DNA from: Octopus vulgaris
Taxonomy: Eukaryota
Reading direction: 5' to 3'
Assembly (NCBI GenBank): GCA_951406725.2
Contig: OX597839.1
Location: 17,794,001 to 17,858,000, forward strand
DNA: 64,000 bases
Part shown: piece by piece, positions 13,361-26,027 of the stretch
How positions within the stretch are numbered: the stretch's first letter is position 1
Layout of the letters: each line of letters opens with the position of its first letter
Program-made: the position numbers and the translations under genes
Notes under the pieces: generated by a model
The model's input: only the letters and a program-made list of their open reading frames with translations
Databases searched by the model: none
What the model was told of the DNA's origin: nothing

Positions 13361-14112
13361 AAGAGTAGTGTTACAATTTGTGTTCCTACTTCATCAAAAG
13401 TTTTAATAGTCACTCAGAAATTTTATTAAAGTATTTCTGATTTAATGAAAAAAAATGTAGAAATAAAACAAATAAAAACCAAAGATAATTCTGTAAATTT
13501 TTCACGATATATACAGTTAAAAATTACTGTTGAAATTGGGATTTCATTTAATCTTCTACTTCTGCTGCTGCTCTAAGACATTTCTTGGAAGATAGGAGAA
13601 GAAGAAAAAGAGGAAGAAAAAACAGCAGACAATCAATTAGCTTCATTCAATTAGAAATTCTTACTAAAGACATGTTAAGTTTAGTTATCTATAAATGATG
13701 TGTGTGTGTGTGTGTCCTTGTTCATATGTATATATGTGTCTGTGATGAATTTATCTATTTGCCACGTTCATATTGCAACATATGTTGTTTTATGTGTATG
13801 AAACTTTGAGTACAGACTGTACACGATATTAGACATAGAGATTTTCTGAGAGGAAAAATGTTTGAGCGTTTGAATTAAATTTTTTTCCCTCATTTTCTTC
13901 TGGGAACATCTAATAGCCTCTTTTATAATTCTTATGTATATAAACTCTCACTCTGCTCCTGGCATCTGATGAGTCAAACATGTCCTACATGCACACTTTA
14001 ATTCATGATGAGCCGAATCAACCTGTTATTAAAATATATATCCAACTGCTACCAAATGTGTCAAGTGCTGCTTTCTTTTGTTTGTTCACTTACACACTTA
14101 TATGTATGTATG

Positions 14113-14159
<47 letters not shown>

Positions 14160-14373
14160 GTATATATATATATCCATATATATATATACACATATGTATA
14201 TATATATATATCCATATATATATATATATAATCAATTAATCAATTTAGGGTAGTAAAAAATTCGATAGAAATTTATCACTACCAGCGGCCCAGTGGAAAA
14301 GAAAAATAGTCATGAGACTAAAATGTCATGAGACTAAAATGTAAATATATAACAATTTAGGAATGGCCTTAAC

Positions 14374-14422
<49 letters not shown>

Positions 14423-15805
14423 AGGTTTGGAGATGATGTACAGGTATTTTATATTAGAAGAAATGAGTTACTCAGAAATTCGGATGGTTTTATATTTACA
14501 GATATTTATTTGTATATTACATGTTTTTATACATCATATAACTTATATCATATATCATATATATTAGCACTTTCTCCCATTCTAGTGGGGTTTTCAAATC
14601 GAACTAAGTTCCTGTGAAAAAGTCTTGACCATTTTGACCATTTTATAGACCACTACTTAGCATTTTGCCTAGCATGCTAACAATTCTACCAGCTAATGAG
14701 TAAAAATGGGGGTGGGGTGGAAGTAGAAAGAATTTTAGTAGACATCTTTGAAAGTGGGGAATTATGGTGGCATATAGAAACTAGGTTGGTGGGAAAGAGA
14801 AGAGGGTAATTGGCAAAATGAGAAGAAAACTGGGGAAGGTGAGTGGGAGGATGGGGAAGAAGTAAATCCAGTGACAGGGTGTTGTTTGAAAGAAATCCAG
14901 AGTCAATAGGGGCTCCAAAACAGGAAATTCCATCAATTTCAATATGATTAAATAAAGATAGAAAATGTCTGGCAAGACATTGATTCACAAAGGAATTAGG
15001 ATATATATTCTTTTACTTGTTTGAGTCATTTGACTGCAGCCATGCTGGAGCACTGCCTTTAGTTGAACAAATCAACTCCGGGACATATTCTTTGTAAGCC
15101 TAGTACTTATTCTATCTGTCTCTTTTGCTGACCTACTAAGTTACGGGGACGTAAACACACCAACACTGATTGTCAAGTGATGGTGGGGGAACAAACACAG
15201 ACACACACACACACATGCACACACATATATACAATGAGTTTTTTTGGTTTCTGTCTACCAAATCCACTCACAAGGCTATAGTAGAAGACACACGGCCAAG
15301 TTGTCATGCAGTGGGACTGAACCATGTATCTCAATAAATAAATATCTCACAATTGTATGATTGTTCTGTGTTTTTGAAAGCTACTGTGTGTATGTGTATA
15401 TTTGTGTATTCATTTAATTTCATCTAGTTTCAGCTCGCCAACTGTGGCCATGCTGGGGCACCGCCACTCAAATTCTAAAGGGGAGACCCTTTATATGTAT
15501 ATAAATGTATATTATATGTATATAAATATGTATATATACTAGCATCCTTTAAAATAAGGAAGCTTTGCGCTCATCAGGGTTTTACAAAAACCCTTTTTTA
15601 CCATTGGCCTTGAACATCCTTTCTCATGTTTTTTCAAAGACCAGCACCCTTTCTTGTTTTCTGTTTTTTCAAAAGTGGTCAACCATGTGATATATTTGAG
15701 TTTGAAAGATTACATGGAAACCTAAAGTATGCTATACAAGCTTTTCAGTTTATTGTGTTTTCATAGCATGTAACTAATAGTAGTTCAGATTTAAATCCTA
15801 TGTAT

Positions 15806-16282
15806 TCTCTTTACTCACTTTTACTTGTTTCAGTCATTTGACTGTGGCCATGCTGGAGCACCGCCGTTAGTCGAGCAAATCGACCCCAGGTCTTATTCTT
15901 TGTAAGCCTTGTACTTATTCCATCGGTCTCTTTTGCCGAACTGCTAAGTTACGGGGACGTAAACACACCACCATCTGTTGTCAAGCGATGTTGGCGGGAC
16001 AAACACAGATACACAAATATATGCACACACACATACATAAATATATATATATACATGCATACACACACTCATACATACATACATACATATATTTATATAT
16101 ACATATATATGCATATACACGACAGGTTTCTTTCAGTTTCTGTCTACCAAATCTACTCAGAAGGCTTTGGTTGGCCCGAGGCTATAGTAGAAGACACTTG
16201 CCCAAGGTGTCATGCAGTGGGAATGAACCCAGAACAATGTGGTTGGTAAGCAAGCTACTTACCACACAGCCACACCTGCGCC
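15806..16282 (-). mobile_element. SINE-A full-length copy
   Basis: Reverse complement of 36520-36906 consensus; a further decayed copy at about 15008-15325. Confidence 0.9.
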
Positions 16283-17498
16283 TATACACTTTTTTTTATC
16301 CCATCCATAACAGAAGAGTAAATTATGCTTATAAATATGTGTGCATTTTGTGTATTTACATATGTATGTGTGTGGTATCATGATAAAAAGCATCATGTAA
16401 AATGCATCCAGTACACTCCATAAAGTGGTTGGTGTCAGGAAGGGCATCCAGCTGTACATATCATGCCAAAACAGATAACTGGAGCTTGGTGTGGCCCACT
16501 GGGTTGCCAGCTACTGTCAAACAATTCAGCCCAATTCCAGCATGGAAAATGGATAATGATGACTTAGTAGTAGTAGTAGTTTTTTAATTGCCTTTTTTTA
16601 AGGCTAGCATAGATCAAACATAATTTTTTGAGGTACCTTCAACAGAATTTACTCTGTTACAAATATTTGAGCACAGTCTCCTGTCGCAGGATCTTGTCCT
16701 GTTCTGCCACCAGTTTCAGACACCCTGTGATATGGGTTAAGCGTCGCACCCATCTACTCATGATTATTTCATGTAGAATACTGACACTCTCATCTCAACA
16801 CATTGTCTTCTCATAAAATTACAACTAAGTTCTGCTTCTCATTGGCTGCTTCATTATGAAAAGAATTATCATTATTATTATTATTATTATTTATAGAAAA
16901 ATGTAAAGAAAGATATTTTTGAATTTATCTTAACTAAATGTTTAAATAGGGCAGATAAGAGCTGCATTTAAATCGTTCAGAATATGATATCCCAGGAGAG
17001 ACACACGGACAGCTTTCCCTGTATTATAGAAATATGTGGGAGTTTTTTTTTGCAGTCTGTTTTAATTTGAAAGTTTAGTCAAAAGTAAGAAATATTTAAA
17101 AATGTGTGTGTATGTGTGCGCATGTGTGTATATACACACATATATACACAAACATGTATGTATGTATGTATGTATGTATGTATTTCCATATTTATCTGTC
17201 TATATATCATATTATACAGAAGAATAGCAAAACAAACAAAATTGATGATGATGATGATGATATACATATATGTGTGTGTGCACATTTGTTTGTTAATACA
17301 TACTCACACACACATACACGCATACATATGTATATATTTCTGTCTCGCCTTCATTCTGTATATATCACTTAGCTGTCAGCATTGACATTGCAAAGGAGTT
17401 ATGATAAATGAAAATACCTTTGGGGACACAGTCTGTTGTTTGAGTAATGGGCTTCAAAATGAAATGAATTGAGATATTCATTAAACACACACGCATGT

Positions 17499-17536
<38 letters not shown>

Positions 17537-17745
17537 ACACACAAATGCATGCAAACATATTGAAAGAAAGTGGGAGAGAATATTTCCGACCAACACATGT
17601 CTGATGAAAGGAAAATTTTCAATAAATAACTCGAGAGTGTTATGACAAACAACTTAGATAACAATGAGCTAATAAATGAGCACAAATGCAGTCATTTGAT
17701 CTTCGAGAAATAGCAGTCAAATTTCCCTCAAATCACAACTTGTCT

Positions 17746-18062
17746 GTGGAGGCACATGGCCTAGTGGTTAGATCAGTGGACTCACGGTTGAGGGATCACA
17801 GGTTCGAATCTCAGACCGGGCGATGTGTGTGTGTTTATGAGCGAAACACCTAAGCTCCACGCAGCTCCAGCAGAAGGTAATGGTGAAACTTCTGCTGACT
17901 CTTTCGCCACAACGTTCTCTCACTCTTTCCTCCTGCATCTTGCAGTTCACCTGTGACAGACCGGCATCCCATCCAGGTGGGTAACCTATGCGCCAAGAAA
18001 CCGGGAAACCGGCCCTTATGAGCCAGGCATGGCTCGAGAAGGAACAAACAAGAAGTACAAGA
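17746..18062 (+). mobile_element. tRNA-derived SINE-D with V-domain-like segment and 11-bp TSD
   Basis: A box TGGCCTAGTGG, B box GGTTCGAATC, CCTGTGACAGACCGGCATCCCATCCAGG segment; TSD ACAACTTGTCT at 17735-17745 and 18063-18073; homolog at 46774-47087. Confidence 0.9.
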
Positions 18063-18363
18063 ACAACTTGTCTCTTTACACAACAAAATGAACTTTTTTT
18101 TTTCATTTTAAATTCATAAGATGTAGTAACGAGATATTTTACACTATGTGCAGGAGTTTGTATGTGTTCACAAGAGATGTGTGTGTTAGCAATGATAGTG
18201 GACTGTTGGCAGTCTTTGCATTTTGTTGTTGAAGTTGAGCAGTATAAGTTCCTGCCACTAGTTGTCTTAAACTGTGTCATGACCACTGGTCAGTTAACCA
18301 GCCCACTCCTTCTCAAGCCTTGCACCTATAATAGAAATGGTTATTATTATTATTTTTATTTTT

Positions 18364-18398
<35 letters not shown>

Positions 18399-18438
18399 TA
18401 TTATTATTATTATTATTATTATTGTTATTATTATTATC

Positions 18439-18639
18439 AGGGCGGTGAGCTGGCAGAAGTGTTAGCATGCTGGACAAAATACCTAACAACATTTCTTCCA
18501 TCTTTACATTCTGATTTCAAATTCTGCCAAGGTCAACTTTGCCTTTCATCTTTTTGGGCTGGATGTGATTATCATCTTACCCTCTTCCCACAAATTTCGG
18601 GTCCTGTGCCTATAGTAGAAAGGATTATTATTAGCATTA

Positions 18640-18677
<38 letters not shown>

Positions 18678-18880
18678 AGGGTGGTGAGTTAGCAGAAGCA
18701 TCAGCATGCCAGGCAAAATTCTTTCGTTCATCTTTATGTTTTGAGTTCAAATTCCGTTGGGGGTCAACCTTACCTGTCATTCTTTCAGAGTCGATGAAAT
18801 AAGTACCAGTTGATGTAAATTACTAGTCCTGTTCCCCCAAATTTCAGGCCTTGTTCCCATAGTAAGAAAAATTATTATTA
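18439..18880 (+). mobile_element. Two head-to-tail SINE-B copies with (ATT)n tails
   Basis: GGCGGTGAGCTGGCAGAA head, GAGTTCAAAT B-box-like motif, GGTCAACTTTGCCTTTCATC core. Confidence 0.8.
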
Positions 18881-19170
18881 TTGATGTCTCATCAGTGAGT
18901 GTACCATTGGCTGCAGTTGTGTGAGTCAGGACTGGCACAATCATTAGCATGTGTGGACTAAATGCTCAGTGACATTTTGTCTGTTTTTATGTTCTGAGTT
19001 CAAATGCCACCAGCAGCATTTCTCAACCGAAATTACCCGGAACCCTAGGGTTCTGTAAAGGTTCCTAGGAGGTTCCATGAGAAAGAGAGAGATAAACTAA
19101 CACTAATTTCATGATTGTAATATTACTATACATGCACATTATGTGTGCATGTACATAAATCATATATAAT

Positions 19171-19810
19171 TATCATCATCATCATCGTTTAACATCCGTT
19201 TTCCATGCTAGCATGGGTTGGACGGTTCGACCAGGTTCTGGGAAGCCAGGAGGCTGCACCAGGCTCCAGTCTGATCTGGCAGTGTTTCTACAGCTGGATG
19301 CCCTTCTTAACACCAACCACTCCATGAGTGTAGTGGGTGCTTTTTACGTGCCACTGGCACAGGTGCCAGGGGAAGCTGGCAATGGTCACAATCAGTTGGT
19401 GGTTTTTACGTGCCACCGACACAGAAGCCAGTCAAGGCAGCATTAGCCCATTTAAAAGTACCCTTGAATCATCGGACGATACGCTGCACTTGAGAAGACA
19501 TATTGAGTCAAGTAAAATCAAAATCAAAAGCAAATCAAAATCGAAATCAAAATGGAAATTGTAGTTGTGGCCGATGTCAGTGCCGTCTGACTGGCACGCA
19601 AGCTGGTAACACATAATAAGCACCATTCAGGTGTGGGTCGATGCCAGTGCCACCTGACTGGCTCCTGTGCTGGTGGCACTTAAAAAGCACTATCCGAACA
19701 TAATCGATGCCAATGCCGCCTGAATGGCTCGTATTCTGGTGGCACATAAAAGGCACCCACTACACTCTCAGAGTGGTTGGCGTTAGGAAGGGCTTCTAGT
19801 TGTAGAAACC
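19171..19810. mobile_element. Head-to-head pair of SINE-C (RTE-tailed) copies
   Basis: Minus copy about 19171-19445 with (GAT)n tail; plus copy about 19445-19810 ending GGCGTTAGGAAGGGC..TGTAGAAAC. Confidence 0.8.
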
Positions 19811-19825
19811 TTGGTGATTATGATG

Positions 19826-19889
19826 AAATATATATATATATACACACACGTATACATATATATATATATATATATATACATACATATAC

Positions 19890-19945
<56 letters not shown>

Positions 19946-19947
19946 AT

Positions 19948-19980
<33 letters not shown>

Positions 19981-20111
19981 TACATACATATATATATATA
20001 TACATACATATATATATATACATACATATATATACATGCATACATATATATATATACATGCATACATATATATATATTCATACATACATATATATATATA
20101 TATATATACAT

Positions 20112-20200
<89 letters not shown>
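19826..20200. repeat. Long (TA)n/(TACA)n microsatellite
   Basis: Directly visible. Confidence 0.97.
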
Positions 20201-20202
<2 letters not shown>

Positions 20203-20739
20203 ATTTACCACATGAACTACAATGAAAAAAATATGAGAAAGATATGGTGTATAACTTTTCTTCTGCAGGGGTTCATGGAGACATAATTCATTTTAAGAGT
20301 TATGCAAAAGTAAAAAGCTTGAGAAATACTAGCCACCAGATTTATCTTTGCCTTTCATCCATTTGGGGGCCAATAAAGTAAGTACCAGTTGAGCACTGGG
20401 ATTGATCTAATCAACTAATGCCCTCCCACAAAATTGCTGGACTTGTGCCAAAATTTGAAACCATTATTATTGTTGTTGTTATTATTTTGGTTTGGCTCAG
20501 GTTCAGTCTTATTCTTGGTAGGGATTATGTGGGTAGCGGTTTACAACTTGTAACCTTAGGTATCCACAAGTTTTCAGCAGCCTTTCAAGTGCTTAGAACC
20601 CTCCTCATAATCCTTGCTGTCTCTGAGAGACAAACTTTCTGTAGGAGCTCTACCGGGCATTTTATTCCAATCTCCTTCAGTAATTTGTCTATATTTTTAC
20701 TTAGTGACATTTCTTCCAATTCAGTGTTCTAAGTTCTAA

Positions 20740-21590
20740 TCCTTCTGAAGCTACCTTTGCCTTTTATCCTTATGGGATCCATAAAATAAGTACCAGTCAA
20801 GTACTGGGGTTGATGTAATCAACTAAACTAAAATTGCTGGCCTTGTACCAAAGTTTGAACCCATAATTATTATTGTTGTTACCATTATTAAGGTGGTGAG
20901 TTGGCAGAATTGTTAGTAAACTGGACAAAATTGCTTTGCAGTATTTCTTGTTTTTATATTATGAGTTCAAATTCTGCTGAGGTTGCCTTTGCCTTCAATT
21001 CTTTTGGGATTAATAAAATATATAGCAGTTGAGCACAGTAATCAACTAACCCACTTCCCCTTTCCCTTAAAAATTATTGGCTAACATTTGAAAGAATTAT
21101 TATTGTTTCTGAGGCAGCAAACTAGCAGAATTATTAGCATTCTGGATGACTTGCTTAGCAGTATTTCACCCATCGTTGTGTTCTGAGTTCAAATTCTATC
21201 GAGGATGACTTTACCTTTCACTCTTTTGGGGTTGATTGAATAAGTACCAGTTACACACTGGGGTCGATGTAATCAACTTAATCCCTTCCTCCAAATTTCA
21301 GGCCTTGTGCCTACAGTAGACGGGATTATTATTATTATTATTATTATTAAGGTGGTGAACTGGCAGAATCGTTAACATGCTGGGCAAAATGCTTAGTGGC
21401 ATTTTGTCCAATTTTACATTCTGAGTTCAAATTCCATCAAGGTCAACTTTGCTTTTCATCCCTTCAGGGTCGATGAAATAAGTACCAGTCATGCATTGCA
21501 GTTGATGTAATCCACTTGCCTCCCACCCCACCCAAAATAAATTTCACGCCTTGTGCCCATAGTAGAAAAGATTATTATTATTATTATTTA
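20740..21590 (+). mobile_element. Head-to-tail array of about 4 SINE-B copies
   Basis: Repeated AAGGTGGTGAR(C/T)TGGCAGAAT heads directly after (ATT)n tails; similar arrays at 36920-37660 (+) and 60060-60710 (-), single copy 38153-38395. Confidence 0.85.
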
Positions 21591-22304
21591 TCAGTGATTA
21601 TAATTATTCTAATTTTTCTGGTTAGTCAGACATAGACTACTCCAGGAATGTTTCAGTGTTATTCTGATTTCAGCAGCCAGAGAAAGTCACTTCCTGCTCT
21701 ACTTCCTAAAATACTGCTGAGAGAATCAGTTAGTAAATGTACAAAATTGTATACTAATTTCGTTTGAAAACCGAAAATCGTTTAGCAACTAAATATTTCA
21801 GAAATGTTACCAATATGATGAACAGCAGTTTAGCTAATATTAAAATTCTGTAATGCAGCGTCAACAAATTTTTGTTTTCATTGATGTCAGCCTGCAAGTC
21901 ATACATCTTCATCTGTGGCACTCCTAGTTAATTTTCTTGGAGAAATTTGAGAAATCCATTTCGTTTTATCAATCTTCCAAGTCTGTAATTGTTTCAAGTT
22001 GGAAGTTTGACAATCTTGTAGCACTCTTAGGCACATCTCAGTATGTGTGTATGATTGTTATCAGTGTTTGTGTGTGTGTGTGTGCGAGAGAGAGTTAGAG
22101 AGAAAATGTGTGTAGAACTAGATTATAAATAATAGCTAAGATACTTATATAAACATTATTAGATGGTATATCTTTGTAGAGATTATGTTGGAAATAAGTA
22201 CCACTTTGTGATCAGTCATCCTGCTAGAAATAGCAGTCAACTCTCCCTTAAATTTCACCCTAGTGAGTCTATACAACAACAGAAACAACATGTGCATTGA
22301 AAAT

Positions 22305-23390
22305 TAATAATAATAATAATAATTTCATTTATTGGCCACCAGAGCCAACATATAGGGGACAGTACAGTAAACGTGGACAGTGGGGTTTTATACAAAACAG
22401 CAAGTACACAATTAAAACAATAACATTCGCACCAAAAGCAAATCATCTGGTGCGTGAAATATGCTCAATTTGAAAATCACTTTCAAATTCAATGTTTTGT
22501 GTTACAAGGGCCATCAGTTTCTCGTCCCTTCTTATTTGAGTATGAAGTTGAGTTTTTTGTGTCAGTATTGTTTTATTTGTTTGCTTGACTGTAGTGGTGA
22601 TGGTCTTGTTGTTTTGTATCTGTGTTTGCTGTGAGTGTGATATCTGCAGTTTTAGATGTTTGTGTGAGTGTCTGTTCTTGTGTCTGTTTAGGTTGTTTGT
22701 GTTTGGGGGATTCTAGTGATTTGATGGTGTTGGTTGTGTTGGTTTTATTGGGGAGATGTTTGCATGGGTGGTGTCTGTATTTCTTATTGTGGGTGTTGTT
22801 ATTCTTTATAGAGTTTTTTTTTGTGTGCTTTCTTTTATATTTTTTGGGCCTTTTATGTTTTCTATCATTTTCACTACTGGAAGATGAGGGATCTGTGGCT
22901 GTAAGTGTGTCTGTCTGTGTCAATGTTTATATTCTTATTTATGTGGGAGAGCTTTCCTCATTTCCCCCAGGGTGGGTGGTGTTTCGTTTGTTGTTGCTGG
23001 TGTTGGTTGTGATCCTTGCCCTGGCATAGGCAGCAGTGGATCCCTTGTACTTTTTATCAATGCAGCCATTTGCCCTCAGTCATTATGTGCAATACTGTCC
23101 CGTTTTGGAGACAGATGTGGTCCAGGATTCTTTCAAAGTTTTCAGGCTTGATCTGGAGAAGTTCTCCAGATCCAACCTGGTAGTCCTCCCTGGCAGTCTT
23201 TGTCACCTCCATTGGGATGGTATCTGACCCTTGCTTGTTTATGCATCCCAGAAGCCACCGCATGTCAAGTCCTGGTGGAATCCTGGGAATGCAGACATAT
23301 ACTATTCTTTTTCCCATATGGGATGGGTACATAAATGATCCTGCTGGTTTGGTAGGGGTCATTGAATGCTGAACCCAAAACAACACTGTT
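22305..23390 (-). mobile_element. Decayed Tx1/L1-like non-LTR derivative: ORF1-like region + 3' UTR, no RT seen
   Basis: Broken minus-strand frames (YMGKRIVYV-like start, ..GTVLHIMTEGK, eroded Cys/His knuckle-like stretch, K/T/S-rich tail), then 3' UTR ending GGCCAATAAATGAAAT(TTA)n. Clade call is from recalled resemblance, not an alignment. Confidence 0.55.
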
Positions 23391-23607
23391 GCAAAGTGAG
23401 CTTCTCATCCACACAGCCATGCCTACACCAATAAATCTAAATATATGTATTTAATATGGTAATATATGAAAATATTATTGGGATATAAGTATGGTGTAAT
23501 AACAACTTATGCTTCTGAGATGTAAAAAGGGAACAATAGAATTAAAAGAATTTCAGGTCTCTTCAGCAGATGTTGTCTAGGAACCATATTAAGAACTCTT
23601 GGTGTAA

Positions 23608-23991
23608 TCCTCTATATATATAAACGGCAAAACGTCTGTGTGTGTGTGTGTGTGTGTGCGCGTGTCCTTTATATAAATCCACAATTTTTCAGTTAGAGGG
23701 CTCGCACTTTCTATGGTCATTCAAAACCATCCAAGGGTGGTCATGCACATCTTTACATTTCCCCAGTCACCCTGCAAAACCATTAAAAAAATCAATAGAA
23801 GTTACTTTTTTGTGAAGTTTCTATCCAAAACCCAATCAAAATGCCCAAAACTTGATAAGCCAATTGAATGCCAGCTAGCTGTATGTGATTGGTTGGAGAT
23901 TTGGACAGTACTCGCATGTATGTGCGCATGCACGCAGCTGTATATGCATGCACTAGCACTATGACCCAGCGTTGCCGGGTCATAGTGCTAG
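23608..23991 (+). mobile_element. Non-autonomous Helitron, family B copy 1 (palindromic 3' end, loop GTT)
   Basis: A|TCCTCTATATATATAAACGGCAAAA ... ACTAGCACTATGACCCAGCGTTGCCGGGTCATAGTGCTAG|T; homologous to 54736-55070. Confidence 0.85.
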
Positions 23992-24332
23992 TCCCATACT
24001 AAAATGCAGTCATGGTTAAAGTAGCCAGGCTAGCTATTCTACAAGATGCCATTACAATAAGATGGATGAAGATGCTTAGGGCATGTGCTACATATGCCCA
24101 TGAGAGTCTTTCTCCAGTTGGAGCATGAGACCTGGCTGTTGCCTGATGGATAAGGGCCTGGTCTAGCCTAAGAGCAACCCTTCTGAGAAAAAATCACTCG
24201 TTACTTAATTCTCCAAGGGGAGTGGAAGATAACTAAAACTATTAACTAATGGTTGGCAGATTTTATCTCTAAACAAGAAACCAATATTTTGATTTCTTGT
24301 GTTAGAAGTCAATACTATGACACTGTCAGCAG

Positions 24333-24625
24333 TCCAGTATGAATGCTAGAAGTCACCAATGACAGTCATGCAATCTCTGAAGAATTGACAATGCAATCAG
24401 CTTATAAGATTTTCTTGATATAACTGATATTTTTTATTCTTAATGAAATGTGCATAAGATTATGTAACTAAATATTTTATGAAAGACCTCTCCAGTATGA
24501 ATATTAATGATTATTAATGAGTATTAAGCAATCTCTGAAGATTTGACAATGTAATCAGCTTATGAGATTTTTGTTATATAACTGATATTTTTTATTCTGT
24601 AAGATTATAAGACTAAATATTTTGT
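24333..24625. repeat. Diverged tandem duplication, unit about 158 bp
   Basis: TCCAGTATGAAT and GCAATCTCTGAAGA.TTGACAATG.AATCAGCTTAT..ATATAACTGATATTTTTTATTCT each occur twice. Confidence 0.85.
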
Positions 24626-24784
24626 CAACAGATTCTTATGTTTGTTTTTGCTTTCTATATGTACTCTGTGACCTATTCAACCATACAAAACTTGGACTAT
24701 AACATGAGTCCTTTTCAGAGTCTCCATTCAGATGTACAGAAATAAACATGGAATAATAAATACTGGTTATTTGTGGTATATAGG

Positions 24785-25035
24785 ATAAGGATAAAGATCT
24801 GTCTCAGCTCATATAGACTCATAAGGGCTGGTTTCCTGATTTCCATGACATATATATTTCCTCCTGGACAGGACACCAGTCCATCACAGGATTACTCATT
24901 TTTTCCAGCTGAGTGGACTAGAACAACATAAAATTGTTTTGCACAAAAACACAATGTGTCACATGGTCCAAGAACCGAAACCACAAACTTACAATCCTGA
25001 GCCCAACACTTTAACCACTAAGCCATATGTCTTTC
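24785..25035 (-). mobile_element. Old SINE related to SINE-D
   Basis: Minus strand ATGGCTTAGTGGTTA A box, CCTGTGATGGACTGGTGTCCTGTCCAGG V-like segment, GAAACCAGCCCTTATGAG tail. Confidence 0.65.
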
Positions 25036-25424
25036 CTATTTGTGGTATAATTCAAATGTAAATTGAATTGTATAATGTCTGTGTGTATGTGTTTGAAGGG
25101 AAGAGAGTGAGAGATAGACAAACAGACAGACAGGTTGTAGAAGCAAATTTTTTTTATTCCTAACTGAATTATGTGGATGTGAGCAGTAAGAGTGGCGACA
25201 AGTGTTGGTGCCATGAGATGCATCCAGCACACTCTGTGGAATGGTTGGTGATAGGAACATCATCTGGCCCTAGAAAATAAGACCAATATTAACCATATAC
25301 ATGAGACATGTTCCTTTGACCTATCAACCTATCTAGGAGAAAAGTAGGATAAGTTTAGAGAGATGGTTTAGACATTGATTAGACCATAGTTTAGCTTTAA
25401 CAGAATGCTAAACACATGGATATT

Positions 25425-25735
25425 CATCCATCTGTCAGTCTGTCCATCGATCCATTTATCCATTCATCTATCCATATATCTATCCATGCATTCACCCATT
25501 CTTCTATCTATTTCATTTACTCATCTATACATCCATCCATCTCTCCATTACGTCATCTATTTATCTGTACATACATCCTTCCATCCATCCGGCCATCTAC
25601 CCATTCATCCATCTGTCCATCCACCCAACCCTACATGTGTTCATTCATTCATTTATTCATTCATTCATTCATTCATCCATCTTTCCAATAATCCATCCGT
25701 CTATCCATCCATCCATCCATTCATCCATCCATACC
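25425..25735. repeat. Degenerate (CCAT)n/(TCAT)n microsatellite
   Basis: Directly visible. Confidence 0.92.
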
Positions 25736-25982
25736 ACTTGAAGACATCAGAAAAGTATATGAGCTTCATATCGGAAATAGAAGGAAGTCTTTGAAGATAT
25801 AGACAAAAACACAGTGATAGGCGCTTAGCTTTGAAATGATAATTTCCATAAAAATGTCAGTTTCTGGGAGCTTCTTTTAAAAATTTCAATAGCTTACAGA
25901 GCCAGAGCTGCTTCTCATAAACTGGAACTCCTTCACACACACATACTCATACACACACATGTGTGCCTGTGTGTACATATAA

Positions 25983-26027
<45 letters not shown>

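Larger units (their letters stand above)
19014..20331. mobile_element. hAT (Charlie-like) MITE with 8-bp TSD, containing nested SINE-C copies and (TA)n
   Basis: Termini CAGCATTTCTCAACC and GCTTGAGAAATACTA; GCCACCAG duplicated at 19006-19013 and 20332-20339; splits a SINE-B copy. Confidence 0.85.

Noticed and set aside
13966-14020. CTGATGAG hammerhead-like core and ATGATGA C-box
   Set aside because: No stem II closing with GAAA and no suitably placed D box. A 71-nt minus-strand exon reading (14022-13952) is possible but frame-shifting and unsupported.
17746-17820. tRNA-like A and B boxes (also 46774, 36520)
   Set aside because: Heads of SINEs continuing into SINE bodies with TSDs; no complete cloverleaf seen.
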